Origin: an uncultured delta proteobacterium | GTDB lineage: Bacteria; Desulfobacterota; Binatia; DP-6 | Direction of reading: 5' to 3' | Length of the DNA: 49,746 nt | Assembly (NCBI GenBank): GCA_963815115.1 | Contig: CAWFFN010000004.1 | Coordinates: forward strand, 1-49,746 | Shown: piece after piece, positions 28,249-39,281 of the stretch | How positions within the stretch are numbered: position 1 is the stretch's first letter | Layout of the letters: each line of letters opens with the position of its first letter | The notes under the pieces: generated by a model | Told to the model about the DNA's origin: nothing | The model's input: the letters and a program-made list of their open reading frames with translations, nothing else | The model's database searches: none | Program-made: the position numbers and the translations under genes

Positions 28249-28725
28249 GTGGAGCACGACACCCCGACCACGCGCCTCGGCTCGAAGTCGGATTCCGACC
28301 GGAGCTCCGTCGAGCTGGCGGCCCGGCGTACGGGCATGTCGTTCCAGCGCACGCGCATGAGCGCGGATCGCACGCTGATGTCGGTGATCCGCACCTCGCT
28401 GTCGCTGATCGGCTTCGGCTTCACGATCTACCAGGTATTCGCGAAGCTGTACGAGGCCGAGGTGCTCAGGAGCGCCGCGGCGCCGCGCCACTTCGGCCTG
28501 GCGCTGGTGCTGCTCGGTGTCACGATGCTCGCCGTCGGCATCGGGTATCACGTCGCCTTCATGCTGAGCCTGCGCCGGCAGCGCGAGCAAATGAAGGTGG
28601 AGGGACTGGTTCACGCCGAGAGCCCGTTTCCGGTTTCGCTGACGCTGATCGTCGCCCTGTTGCTGCTGGCGATCGGGGTCCTCGCCATCGCCAGCATGGT
28701 GTTCAACACGGGGCCGTTCGTTTGA
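28249..28725 (+). CDS. DUF202/YidH-family membrane protein
   Basis: RTGMSFQRTRMSADRTLMSVIRTSLSLIGFGF plus three hydrophobic helices. Confidence 0.88.
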   Translation: MEHDTPTTRLGSKSDSDRSSVELAARRTGMSFQRTRMSADRTLMSVIRTSLSLIGFGFTIYQVFAKLYEAEVLRSAAAPRHFGLALVLLGVTMLAVGIGYHVAFMLSLRRQREQMKVEGLVHAESPFPVSLTLIVALLLLAIGVLAIASMVFNTGPFV

Positions 28726-29049
28726 TGGCAGACGGCGGCCAGGACCAAAGCACGAGTCGCACAGAGTGGTCGTGGCCAGCATCGCGATCGGGAACAGCAC
28801 GATCGCGGGTACCGCTGGCCGGTCAGCACGAGCTCGACGGCGGCCCCACGATCGGCGAGAGCGCCGTCGTGAGTCTGGCCATTAGGAAGGGAGGCGATCG
28901 ATGATGACCGGATGGACGCTCGCGGCGTGCACCGCGGTGGCGATCGCCCCGCTCGCGCTCGCCGCGGGCGATGGCCTCGTCTCCTCTGCCACGGCGCTGA
29001 CTCGTCAGCGCCGACGCGGCGCCCCCTTCACCGCGCGCGCCTCGTGGCG

Positions 29050-30252
29050 TCAGGGGCTGCGAACGAGATGGAGCACCCCGACGCTGGTCCAGTCCCCGAT
29101 CCCGGCGAGATCGACGGCGGGCAGCGGAACGGCCAGGGTCACATCGGCGCCGAGCCGCGCGTCCCCCACGCAGGTGAAGGGTACGCCGCTGGCAGCCGTG
29201 GGGATCGGCTCGGGCGTCGAGTCGGGGCGCGGCGAGGTGATGGTCGCTGTCGCGGTCCCCGTGGTGAGGGCCAGGGCGAAGGGCGCGCCCGTGTAGCGCA
29301 CCTTGGCGGGGTCGCGGCAGTCCGCCGGACCGTCCAGCGCATCGAGGCAGCCCGGATCGTCGCCCGCGACTCCGGCGACGCAGGCCACCGTCCGCGCCGC
29401 CGCCACGATGACGGCGGCGCCCGGGCCGGAGGGACCGCCGAGCGCTGGACGGAGCACCGACGAAAGCGTCGGGCCGAATCCGTTGCTGTCGAGGTTCCAG
29501 TCGACGTCCACGCCGGTGGGAGCACCGTCGCAGTGGAGGAGGCCCGAGCTACCGTCCGCGAGGACCTGGAAGCAGAGGATGGTGTCGCCGATGAACCGGA
29601 CGCCGAACACGGAGTCGTTCGAGACGACCAGCGAGGCGTCGCCACCACCGGACGCCGTGGCGGCGAGGACGAGGGCGCCGCTCGCACTGCCGCTGAGAAT
29701 GTCGAACCCGGGAAGCGAGCTCGCGAACCACGCCGTCCCCGCACTGACGGCGAAGGTCGCCGCGCCGGGAGGCGGAGTGGTCGTGGTCGTCGTCGAGGTG
29801 GATGGCACGGTGGTCGTGCTGGAAGGCGGGAGTGTCGTCGTGACGACCGGACAGCGGCAGTCGTCCCCGCACGTCCCGCCGCCCGGACAGGCCACACCCG
29901 CGGGATCGCAGGTCTCCCCGCGCGACGCCGTTACGACGCCGTCGCCGCAGCGGGCCGCGCAGTCGGTCCCTGCATCGGCGCAACACGAACGGCACGTTCG
30001 CTTGAAGGCCATGCACCCGCGGCGCGCGGCACGGATGGCCGCCCCGGCCTGTCGGAGGCACCGCCGGCGGTCCCGTCCGCGGCCCGTGCAGGCGGCGCGG
30101 AGTGCCGGCCCCTTCCCCTTCGCGTCGGCGACGCACTCGACCTTCGCCGCAACGCAGCTCCGGGCACACATCCGCTCGACCGAAGCCGCCTCGGCGAGGG
30201 AACTCGCGCAGGCGAGCAGCAGCACGGCGATCGCACGGTGGGCAGTATGCAC
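29050..30252 (-). CDS. Secreted Cys-rich protein with Thr/Pro linker
   Basis: Signal peptide; basic Cys-rich N-terminal domain; CGDGVVTASRGETCD cysteine-rich motif; TTTLPPSSTTTVPSTSTTTTTTPPP linker. Confidence 0.8.
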   Translation of the reverse strand: MHTAHRAIAVLLLACASSLAEAASVERMCARSCVAAKVECVADAKGKGPALRAACTGRGRDRRRCLRQAGAAIRAARRGCMAFKRTCRSCCADAGTDCAARCGDGVVTASRGETCDPAGVACPGGGTCGDDCRCPVVTTTLPPSSTTTVPSTSTTTTTTPPPGAATFAVSAGTAWFASSLPGFDILSGSASGALVLAATASGGGDASLVVSNDSVFGVRFIGDTILCFQVLADGSSGLLHCDGAPTGVDVDWNLDSNGFGPTLSSVLRPALGGPSGPGAAVIVAAARTVACVAGVAGDDPGCLDALDGPADCRDPAKVRYTGAPFALALTTGTATATITSPRPDSTPEPIPTAASGVPFTCVGDARLGADVTLAVPLPAVDLAGIGDWTSVGVLHLVRSP

Positions 30253-30677
30253 GGGCCGGGCCGCTAGTCCGGACTGCGGTAGGCTGTCAAGGCGCGATGC
30301 GCTACGCGCGGGTGCGTCCGACTGCGCCGCCGCGCCCCCCCTTACCCGGCCATCTGATCCACTTTTCCTTGACTGGAGGCCCCCCGCATGGGAGGAGGAT
30401 TACCAGTAGCGAAGTGCAACAGACTAGGAAGGAGGCCCGCGCCCGGACTGCCTACCTATCCTCATCCATCATCTCAAGGCGGCCCCATCACATGGGCTCC
30501 ATGGGAGGCCGTCACGGCCAACCGACTCTGCACGCTGCTCGGCGGTGCTCTCGCCGATCCGCTGACGTTCGATAGCGGACGAAGGAGAGAGTGATGAAAG
30601 CGCCAAATAGGTCCGTGATGGGCCTATTGGTGTTGGCTTTGATGCCGCATCGCGGGGGCATTGAGAAGGAATGACCG

Positions 30678-31940
30678 ATGAGGCGAATGCGCCTATTCCT
30701 TACTGGAGTCTTGGCGGCATTCATCGTGCCGATGGCCGCCCAGGCACAACACAATGCGTTCTTCGCGCCGGTCACCGGCGAGAGTCAATTCGCGACAGCC
30801 TTCCCGTCGTGCGGGAGTCCGGAGTTCTTCGGGCCGGGTCTCGGCCCGATCGGCTTGGCGTTCGACGGCAACGACGTCTTCGTTACCGACTTCTGCAACG
30901 GCACGACCTACAAGTTCGGGCTTGCTGGAGGCCTTGCCACAGGTGCGCAGAGCGCAGCCAACGGCCTCAACGCCGGCCTGGCCGTCGGCGGTGGCAACTA
31001 CTTCGGCGGCCGCTGCGGTCCCGGCTGCGGAGTGGGGGGCCCGCCTGACGGCGTGTACACCTTCGATCCCATCACACTGGCCGTGACCGGGACGGTCACC
31101 GAACTCTCCGGTGCTCGTTACCTGGCTCTCGACCCGGCCACCGGCGACCTCTATGCGGCGGGGGCCCGGGGCATCTGGAAGATCGTGAACCCCGCCACGG
31201 CTCCAGCGCTGTCGTCGTTCGCGCTTCCGACCCACGTCTTGGACGGCATCGCATTCACGACTGATGGCGCCAAGGTGTTCGTGGCGGACTTGACGGACGG
31301 AAGCCTCCACGGACTCGACAAGGCAAGCGCGACCGAACTCCCCGGCTTCCCGGTATCCCTCGCTGGCAGGGGGCCGGATGGCATCGCCATCGCCCGGCCA
31401 AACACGAACGTGAACGGCTTGGACGTGTCGAACAACGTCTTCGTCAACAACAACGACGGCACGATCACCAGAATCGACACGAACAACGCAAACGCCATCT
31501 CGGACGTCGCCACCGGGGGCAGCCGAGGGGACCTCGCGACTGTCGGTGCTGACGGCTGCCTGTACGCGATGCAGACCAGCGAAGTGGTGAAGCTTACGCC
31601 TTGCTTCTTCCAGTCCATTACCACCACCACAACCACTACCACGCTGCCCTGCACGACCGCGTTCTGCACCCTCGAAGCCGCTCAGACGAGCCCTGAGTGT
31701 GCCGGCCAAGCGATCCCGGCGGGCGTGACGGCGACGCTGACCCGAGCCGAGAACCTATTGGACCGCGCCGCGACGAGCCCGGCCAAGAAGGCACGGAAGC
31801 TCCTCAACAAGGCGAAGGGCGCCCTCGGGCAGGCCGGGGCTAGAGCGACCCGGGCTGCGAAGGGCAAGAAGCCGAGGCTCACTGCCGGCTGCGCTGCAGC
31901 CCTCAGGGACGCCGCCTCCAGGGCGGCGGCGGGTCTGTAG
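30678..31940 (+). CDS. Secreted beta-propeller protein with Thr linker and basic C-terminal helical domain
   Basis: Signal peptide; GPIGLAFDG, LDGIAFTTDG, GPDGIAIA blades; TTTTTTTTTLP; C-terminal C..AKKARKLLNKAK..RAAKGKKPRLTAGC. Confidence 0.82.
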   Translation: MRRMRLFLTGVLAAFIVPMAAQAQHNAFFAPVTGESQFATAFPSCGSPEFFGPGLGPIGLAFDGNDVFVTDFCNGTTYKFGLAGGLATGAQSAANGLNAGLAVGGGNYFGGRCGPGCGVGGPPDGVYTFDPITLAVTGTVTELSGARYLALDPATGDLYAAGARGIWKIVNPATAPALSSFALPTHVLDGIAFTTDGAKVFVADLTDGSLHGLDKASATELPGFPVSLAGRGPDGIAIARPNTNVNGLDVSNNVFVNNNDGTITRIDTNNANAISDVATGGSRGDLATVGADGCLYAMQTSEVVKLTPCFFQSITTTTTTTTLPCTTAFCTLEAAQTSPECAGQAIPAGVTATLTRAENLLDRAATSPAKKARKLLNKAKGALGQAGARATRAAKGKKPRLTAGCAAALRDAASRAAAGL

Positions 31941-32046
31941 GATCCTCGATGGCGGCTACACGCATGCGGCCGCCACACCGCGGACAAGCCAACACGGCCA
32001 CCGCGAATGGTGTGGCGCAACAGGTCCGGCCACGACCAGGTCCGCC

Positions 32047-34014
32047 GTGCGGGAGACGGCGGATCTTCCCCGGCCAGGGCGGAGACCGGCGCTTGACCCG
32101 GCGCCGGACTGGATGATGCCAGCGCGCTCGCGCCTAGGCAGCACAGCGGAGCGGTGGCAAGCCTTGCGATCGGCCATCACCTCGGGAGCAGGCCGATACG
32201 TCTCGGGGGTACGCTCGCTGGTGTGTTCCGGCTGGCATCGCGGGATCGCTCTTCGAAGGTTCGTAGGAACGTGGGTTGCGAAAACGGCCGTGTTTCTCAC
32301 CAACCTCCGCTCGATCATCGTGATGGTTCTGGTCCTCTTCGGGCTGTACATCCTGGGCGCCGCTCTCTCCCGTGACATCCATGATGAGACGATCCTCATC
32401 GAACCGATCGCCGCCCCGCCGGAGCTCGTCACTCTCGGTTTCACGCCCGAAGTCATCGCACAGCGGCTCGTGGGTGAGTTTGGAGCGATCCGGAAAGCGG
32501 CGGTGAGTTCACGGAACAAGGCGGCGGCGGCTCGCCCGGTGGCACCATTCGCCGTTCAGCTGGATGTCGACGTGCCATGGGTGGGCGTCTCATATCGTTC
32601 GATGACGGGCTTTCTGCGGCGTGTGCTGTGCCCGCAGCGCGAGCGCCGGATCCGTGGCGAGATCATCGGCACCGCGGCGGCAAGTCGCTTGTGGCTCCGC
32701 GACGCTAGCGGAAATCTGATTGACGAGCGCTCGGCACCTCGCACTGAACCCATCGAGGTGGCGATTCGCGACGGAGCTGAGAGGATCGTCAGGTCAACCG
32801 ATCCCTACGTGCTCGCAGTGGCGTTGGTTGACGCCACCGATCCCGTCAGGACCGAGGATGCTCTTAGCGCCGTTCGGTACTGCGTGAGAACGCCTCCCCA
32901 AAGCGACGACGCATGGTGCTACAACATCTGGGGACGTCTGCTCGTCCGCGAAAAAGACAGGGCCGGTGCGATCGAGAAGTACAAGCAGGCCATCGCCCTC
33001 CAGCCCAACGAACCCTATCCATACGTGAGCTGGGGAAATCTACTCGCCGCCCGGGGTGACTGGCCAGGTGCGATCGAGAAGTACTCGAAGGCGGTCGACC
33101 TCGACGAGAAATACGCGGTACCTTACAACAATTGGGGCACGGTCCTCGAGGCTCAATGCGACTCGGGAGGTGCGATCGAGAGGTATGAGCGGGCGATTGC
33201 CCTCGACCCCACTGCTTCACTCTACTACGACAACTTGGGTGTCGCACTCGCTCACAATGAGGATTCGGAGGGCGCGATACACCAGTACGAGCGCGCGATC
33301 GATCTCGAGCCGAGGGATCCTGTCCCCTATGTTCACTGGGGAAACGTACTCGCCGACCGGCCAGGAGGGCGGGGAGCGATCAAGAAGTACAGGCAGGCGA
33401 TCCACGTCAAGCGCAAGTACGCGAACCCCTACAATGACTGGGGCAGAGTGCTCGCCGCGAGGCGGAGATGGGACGATGCGATCAGGAAGTACAAGCGGGC
33501 CATCGCACTCGACGGCAGTTACGCCGATCCGTACAACGGCTGGGGCGATGTGCTCGCGGCCCGGAAGGGGTGGGCAGGTGCGGTCGAGAAGTACAAGCGA
33601 GCGATCGGTCTCAACCATGGCTACCCGGACCCGCACAACGGCTGGGGCAACGTGCTGGCTGCGCAGGGCAATTGGGCAGCTGCCATCGAGCAGTACCAGA
33701 AGGCCATCGCTCTCAGCTGCAAGTACCCGGACCCGTACAACGGCTGGGGCAACGTGCTGGCTGCGCAGGGTAGTTGGGCGGCTGCCATCGAGCAGTACGA
33801 GAAGGCGATCGCTCTCAACGGCGAATTCGCGGATCCCTACAACGGCTGGGGTGACGTGCTTGCTGACCAGCGCGACTGGGCGCGTGCGATCGAGAAGTGG
33901 GAAAACGCGATCATGCTGCGGCACCCGGACAGCGCGCGAATTGCCAGGAAGATTGCCAGCGCAAGGGCCGCCTCTTCACCTCGATCGCGCCAGCCGCCAC
34001 GATGGCACAAGTAG
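32047..34014 (+). CDS. Membrane-anchored tetratricopeptide-repeat protein (start uncertain)
   Basis: Hydrophobic IIVMVLVLFGLYILGAAL; about ten 34-aa repeats of the form PYNxWGxVLAAxxxWxxAIEKYxxAIAL. Confidence 0.9.
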   Translation: MRETADLPRPGRRPALDPAPDWMMPARSRLGSTAERWQALRSAITSGAGRYVSGVRSLVCSGWHRGIALRRFVGTWVAKTAVFLTNLRSIIVMVLVLFGLYILGAALSRDIHDETILIEPIAAPPELVTLGFTPEVIAQRLVGEFGAIRKAAVSSRNKAAAARPVAPFAVQLDVDVPWVGVSYRSMTGFLRRVLCPQRERRIRGEIIGTAAASRLWLRDASGNLIDERSAPRTEPIEVAIRDGAERIVRSTDPYVLAVALVDATDPVRTEDALSAVRYCVRTPPQSDDAWCYNIWGRLLVREKDRAGAIEKYKQAIALQPNEPYPYVSWGNLLAARGDWPGAIEKYSKAVDLDEKYAVPYNNWGTVLEAQCDSGGAIERYERAIALDPTASLYYDNLGVALAHNEDSEGAIHQYERAIDLEPRDPVPYVHWGNVLADRPGGRGAIKKYRQAIHVKRKYANPYNDWGRVLAARRRWDDAIRKYKRAIALDGSYADPYNGWGDVLAARKGWAGAVEKYKRAIGLNHGYPDPHNGWGNVLAAQGNWAAAIEQYQKAIALSCKYPDPYNGWGNVLAAQGSWAAAIEQYEKAIALNGEFADPYNGWGDVLADQRDWARAIEKWENAIMLRHPDSARIARKIASARAASSPRSRQPPRWHK

Positions 34015-34777
34015 TCTCGACCTCAAGGACCGGGACGGTACTCGAACGCTGGCTTCAGAGGGATGACTCAGCCGCCCGCGCAGCCGATGGTGCGCACCAC
34101 CAATCCCACGTAGCATTCCATCGGGCTGCCCTCCGTGTGCTTGGTACTACCCAGGGGCGGCGGCTCGCCGCCAACCCCCTTCCGCATGGCCACGCTCGCC
34201 CTCGATCGCGTGCATCCCGACGACACGACGTAGCGGACCATCCTGGCCCCTGTCAGTGACGCGTTTCACCGAACGGATACTTGGCGACGGGCTGCTTGGG
34301 CACAATGCGCTGGCCCCTGACCGTCGCTCTCGACATGCCCATGGATCCGCGCCGAGGGCGGTAGCGTGCGGCTCAGCGCATGCCGATGCTTGCCGATGCA
34401 AGGCTCTTGCCACCAGCCAGTTCCCCCGCAATACGGACTTTTGATCCACGGACCTTGTAGTTCACGCCACGGTCCGGCCGATTCTTCTCGGGCTCCCGCC
34501 GGGAAGGCGCACATAGTAGGCGGACGACCGGCCGGATTGGTCCTTGCATGGCTCCAGAGCCATGCGTCAGCCTAGCTCTCGGCAGGGCGGTCGGCGGCTG
34601 ACGGTCACGCTCTGCCCGAACCGCCAGGTCGTCATTCCCGAGCGGCAGTTCGAAGCTCTGGTTGGCGTCGACGCTCCGAGCGTCGCTCCGCCGGGGAACG
34701 ACGCGATGAATCGCTCACGCTCGGGATCGAGTCCAGCCGCTTCGGCATAGGCAGCGGTCGGCAACGCAGGAGCTACG

Positions 34778-35656
34778 ATGGCCAACAAGAGCAAATCGAA
34801 AACTCGGCGCCGGCTTCGTCCAGCGCAGACTCAGGCTCGGCAGCCCGGCCGCGAGACGGCGATGCGGCCGCGTCCCCGGCCTGACGACCCGGGATACGCT
34901 GGTGCGAACAAGCTTCGTGGACGCGTGGCATTGATCACCGGGGGCGACAGCGGGATCGGGCGTGCCATAGCCATTGCCTTCGCCAAGGAGGGCGCCGATG
35001 TCGCGGTCGTCTATCTCGACGAGGACCGCGATGCGAAGGAAACCCAGGCGCTTGTCGAGACGTATCGGGCCCGTTGCCTGCTCCTACGCGGAGATGTCGG
35101 GAAGCCTGCCTTCTGCAAACAGATCGTCCAGAAGACCGTGCGCAAGCTCGGACGACTCGACATCCTCGTGAACAACGCCGGTGAGCAGCATCCGCAGGAC
35201 TCGATAGAAAAGATCACCCCGCGGCAGCTGGAACGGACCTTCCGGACGAACATCTTCTCCATGTTTCATCTGACAACCGCAGCCCTTCCGCATCTCGAGG
35301 AGGGCAGCACCATCATCAACACCACCTCGGTCACCGCCTACCGTGGCAGCCCCACACTGCTGGACTATTCGGCGACCAAGGGCGCGATTGTCGCGTTCAC
35401 CCGATCACTCGCCGGGAATCTCGCGGAGCGTGGCGTCCGGGTCAATGCCGTCGCCCCTGGGCCGGTGTGGACCCCGCTCATTCCATCGACATTTCCGGCC
35501 AAGAAGGTCGCTCAGTTCGGATCCGATGTCCCCTTGAAGCGCGCCGGCGAGCCCGAGGAGGTCGCACCGAGCTACGTGTTCCTGGCTTCGGACGACGCCT
35601 CCTACATGACGGGCCAGGTGCTTCACCCGAACGGCGGCGAGATCATCAACGGTTGA
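34778..35656 (+). CDS. Short-chain dehydrogenase/reductase (YhdF/YghA-like)
   Basis: ITGGDSGIGRA, NNAG, YSATK, VAPGPVWTPL; AGGAG RBS. Confidence 0.95.
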   Translation: MANKSKSKTRRRLRPAQTQARQPGRETAMRPRPRPDDPGYAGANKLRGRVALITGGDSGIGRAIAIAFAKEGADVAVVYLDEDRDAKETQALVETYRARCLLLRGDVGKPAFCKQIVQKTVRKLGRLDILVNNAGEQHPQDSIEKITPRQLERTFRTNIFSMFHLTTAALPHLEEGSTIINTTSVTAYRGSPTLLDYSATKGAIVAFTRSLAGNLAERGVRVNAVAPGPVWTPLIPSTFPAKKVAQFGSDVPLKRAGEPEEVAPSYVFLASDDASYMTGQVLHPNGGEIING

Positions 35657-35809
35657 CCAAGACGGGAAACTGTCCAGGGAACGCGGACCGGTACAGCGGT
35701 GTCTCAATGCCGCTTGCCTCTTATGAGCGAGAGGACGCTACGTGAGCGAGGATCCGCAGCAGCGTAAGTGCTGCGTTAGCAGGGCACGGGCGGACGCGCT
35801 ATCCGCTTG

Positions 35810-36025
35810 TCACTTGGGCCGCGCGCTCGATGTCCTTAGTTCAAAGGGCTCGGCGAAGAACTGTGTCTCGTGCACAACGCGGCGCGCGCGAAACTCCATA
35901 ATGCTCACCGTGCCGTACGGTTTCCCGTCGTAGGTGATGACCAGTTCGGTGATCCACAGATCGCCGCTGCCGCGCACGCGCCGGACGACGAACTCCCGCC
36001 GTGCTGGGTGGTGGCCACGCTGGCT
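35810..36025 (-). pseudogene. C-terminal fragment of a SnoaL/NTF2-like protein
   Basis: Manual translation QRGHHPARREFVVRRVRGSGDLWITELVITYDGKPYGTVSIMEFR..VVHETQFFAEPFE; no start codon; abuts the ATPase stop. Confidence 0.65.
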
Positions 36026-36027
36026 TA

Positions 36028-38778
36028 TCAGGCCGGGTGTTCCGCCGGCTCGGCGGGCCGGCGGCTACGGTGCCGGGCGCGGCGGAATTCGTCTGCGCCC
36101 CAGACGAGGAGTGGGAACGTGGCGAGCAGGGCGAGTTCGGCGGGGCCGAGCGCGGCGGTCCCGAAGAGGCGCTGGAGCGGCGGCGCGTAGACGAGTGCAG
36201 CGGCGAAGACGAGTTCAGAGGCGATGCCCCAGAGCAGCATCCGGTTGCTGAAGAAGCCGACCGCGCGGAGGGAGGCCGCTTCGGTGCGGGCGGCGAGAGC
36301 GGTGCCGACCTGGCAGGCGACGATGCCGGCGAAGGTCATAGTGGTCGCCTCGAGGTAGGCGCCGTGCAGCGGGTGGCCGGTCCCGGTCGCCGTGCCCGGG
36401 CGCCAGCCGGCGCGGAGCAGCACGAAGAAGAAGCCGCCAAGGACGAGCGTGGCCTCGATCAGGCCGAGGAAGATCCAGGCGCGGACGAGGAGGGAGCGGC
36501 GGATGACGCCCTCGGAGCGGGGGCGGGGCGACCGCTCCATCAGGCCGGGCTCGGCGGGTTCGCGCCCGAGCGCGAGCGCGGGAAAGATCTCGGTGCCGAG
36601 GTCGATCGCCAGGATCTGCAGCACCGTGAGCGGCAGCGGGATCGTTCCGCCGGAGAGCGCGAAGACGAGGAAGGGGATCGCCTCAGGTGTGAGGTGGGCG
36701 AAGATGTACAGGATGAACTTGCGCACGTTGTCGTAGACGCGGCGGCCCGCCGCGACGGCGGCGACGATGCTGGCGAAGTTGTCGTCGGTGAGGACCATCG
36801 TCGCGGCCTCGCGCGCGACATCGGTGCCGGTCAGGCCCATGGCGACGCCGATGTCGGCGCGACGGAGCGCGGGGGCGTCGTTGACGCCGTCGCCGGTCAT
36901 CGCGACCACGTGCCCCTCCGCGCGCAGGGCGTCGGCGATGCGCAGCTTCGCCTCCGGCGACGAGCGCGCGAAGATCAGCTCCCGCCCCTCTCGCAGGAGC
37001 CGGTCGAGCTCCCGCTCGCTCAGTGCGTCGAGTTGCTCGCCGGTGACGACGGTGGCGCCGTCGGTGGCGATGCCGACGCGGCGGGCGATCTCGGCCGCCG
37101 TGGGGCCGTAGTCGCCGGTAACGACGAGGATGCGGATGCCGGCTGCATGGCAGCGGGCGACCGCCTCGGCTACCTCCGGGCGTGGCGGGTCGAAGAGAGC
37201 GACCAGCCCAAGCAGGACAAGGTCGCGTTCGACGTCTTCGCGTCGCGTGGGCGGCTCGGCGCCGTCGGGCAGTCGCCGCCGGGCGACCGCGAGTACGCGC
37301 AGCCCCTGCGCGGCGTACCGCTCGAGCACGGCCAGCACCTTGTCGCGGTCGGCGGCAGCGAGCGGCACGTGATTCACGGCCCCGCCGATCATCGTCGAGC
37401 GCTCGAGCACCTCCTCAGGTGCCCCCTTCGCGTGGACGGTCAGACTCCCGTCCTGCCGCTGGTCAACGGTGGACATCAGGCGCAGCTTCGGGTCGAAGCG
37501 GTAGAGCGTGCGCCGGTCGTGCTCGCGGCGGGCAACTTCGATGTCGATCCCGAGCGCCCGCGCCGCCTCGAGCATCCCGACCTCGGTTGCCTCGCCGCGC
37601 GACTTCCCGGTTCGCTCCGGTGCGAGCTCGGCCGCCGAGCAGGCCGCGATCGCGCGACCGAGGAACCCGAGCACCGGGTCGGCGGCCACCGCCCGCTCGA
37701 TGTCGATCGTTCCCTCGAGGTCGAGTTCGCCGAGCGGCGTCCAGATCCGCGCCGCCCGCATCCGGTTCTCGGTCAGCGTGCCGGTCTTGTCGGTGCAGAT
37801 GACGTCTGTCGAGCCGAGTGTCTCCACGGCGGAGAGCCGTTTGACCAGTGCGCCGCGGCGGGCGAGGCTGGCCACCCCGACGGCGAGCGCCAGCGTCAGC
37901 GTCGGCAAGAGGCCCTCGGGCACGTTGGCGACGATCAGGCCGATCGCGAAGGTGAACGCGTCCTGGAGCGGCAGCCCCGCCGCCAGCCAGCCGATCGGGA
38001 GGAAGGCAAGCCCGGCGGCGACCGAGACGAGCGCAATCAGCCAGGCGACCCGCCGGACCTGCTGCTCGAGCGGACTTGCCTCGACGCGGATCCGCTCGGA
38101 GAGCGCGGCGATGCGGCCGAGCTCGGTCTGCATGCCAGTGGCGAAGACGAGCGCTTCCGCCTCGCCACCGATGCAGCAGGTGCCGCTGAAGATCAGCTCA
38201 CGCGCCTCGGACAGCGGGCCTGCGATGTCGGCGAACTCGGGCGAGCGCAGCACAGGCTGCGACTCGCCTGTCAGAGTCGACAGGTCGACCTCGACCGCCC
38301 CGGCGAGCAGACGCGCATCCGCCGAGACGCGGTCCCCTTCGGCCAACAGCAGCACGTCGCCGGGAACGAGCGCGCGCGCGTCGATCACGCGGCGCTGCCC
38401 GTCGCGGCGGACGGAGGCCTGCTGGGGCAGGTAGCGGGCCAGCGCCTCGACCGCCCGTTCTGCCTGCAACTCCTGTGCGAACGCGAACAGGGCATTGAGC
38501 ACGATCACGGCGACGATCGCTCCACCGAGCCCGGGCGTCCCGCTGACGAAGGCGAGCGCCCCGGCGAGCCAGAGCAGCAGCGCGAGAGGATGGACAAACT
38601 GTGCGGCGAGCTCGCGCGGCCAGCGTCTGCCGCCGCGTCGGCGCAGCTCGTTCGGCCCATATGCGACGAGGCGACGCTCCGCTTCGCGACTGGAGAGCCC
38701 CTCTGGGCGCGCCCGCAGATCTCTCAGGAGGAGATTGATCGGCTCCCGCGGGTCACGCAGCTCTTCGACGGGTGACAC
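36028..38778 (-). CDS. Cation-transporting P-type ATPase (type II-like), full length
   Basis: [39 protein letters not shown] and C-terminal membrane helices; start estimated at GTG 38778. Confidence 0.95.
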   Translation of the reverse strand: MSPVEELRDPREPINLLLRDLRARPEGLSSREAERRLVAYGPNELRRRGGRRWPRELAAQFVHPLALLLWLAGALAFVSGTPGLGGAIVAVIVLNALFAFAQELQAERAVEALARYLPQQASVRRDGQRRVIDARALVPGDVLLLAEGDRVSADARLLAGAVEVDLSTLTGESQPVLRSPEFADIAGPLSEARELIFSGTCCIGGEAEALVFATGMQTELGRIAALSERIRVEASPLEQQVRRVAWLIALVSVAAGLAFLPIGWLAAGLPLQDAFTFAIGLIVANVPEGLLPTLTLALAVGVASLARRGALVKRLSAVETLGSTDVICTDKTGTLTENRMRAARIWTPLGELDLEGTIDIERAVAADPVLGFLGRAIAACSAAELAPERTGKSRGEATEVGMLEAARALGIDIEVARREHDRRTLYRFDPKLRLMSTVDQRQDGSLTVHAKGAPEEVLERSTMIGGAVNHVPLAAADRDKVLAVLERYAAQGLRVLAVARRRLPDGAEPPTRREDVERDLVLLGLVALFDPPRPEVAEAVARCHAAGIRILVVTGDYGPTAAEIARRVGIATDGATVVTGEQLDALSERELDRLLREGRELIFARSSPEAKLRIADALRAEGHVVAMTGDGVNDAPALRRADIGVAMGLTGTDVAREAATMVLTDDNFASIVAAVAAGRRVYDNVRKFILYIFAHLTPEAIPFLVFALSGGTIPLPLTVLQILAIDLGTEIFPALALGREPAEPGLMERSPRPRSEGVIRRSLLVRAWIFLGLIEATLVLGGFFFVLLRAGWRPGTATGTGHPLHGAYLEATTMTFAGIVACQVGTALAARTEAASLRAVGFFSNRMLLWGIASELVFAAALVYAPPLQRLFGTAALGPAELALLATFPLLVWGADEFRRARHRSRRPAEPAEHPA

Positions 38779-38818
38779 TGATCTGGACCGGCCCATCGCA
38801 TAGCACGAGTGCGGCCTC

Positions 38819-39281
38819 GAAACTCGAAGCGACCGATCTGGCTCGTGGATGCGGCGTGGTCCGTCACCGTGCGGCCACCGACCACCCACCGCATCGCGGC
38901 ATCGCGCCCGAGCCGGTCGGCGTCGTTCACGTTCTCATAGCCGGCGAGCCGGCCGAAGACGGCTTGGCGGAACTGGGCGAGCAGCGTGTGGCGCCCGTCC
39001 TTCCCGGTGCGCGGATCGGTGAGGACATCTGCAGCCAGCGCGGTCAAGCCGAGCGCGTCGTCGAGTTCCCGGCACGCGAGCAGCCCGGCATCGGAGGTGA
39101 CGGTCACGCCGTGGAATTCGAGCTTCAGGCGACGGTCGAATCGAGCCGGAGACCCTCCCTCTCGCTTTCACCCGTCGCCTCATCCATCGGCCGCCCCCTT
39201 CGTGACCGCCAAACCCTTGCCGTTCATAGTCGATTCGGGCAGCAGCGTCATCAGCCGGCGCGGTCATCTGGGAAATGCGGG
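38819..39281 (-). mobile_element. IS1380 remnant, right-arm copy
   Basis: Mirror of 6638-7100 with a few substitutions. Confidence 0.85.

Noticed and set aside
33400-33910. CRISPR-like periodic repeats
   Set aside because: Units are 102-nt in-frame TPR codons with no unique spacers, and there are no cas genes.
34567-34794. Small secreted protein on the minus strand
   Set aside because: Overlaps the SDR RBS and start, has no RBS of its own and no recognisable domain; more likely a gene scrap.
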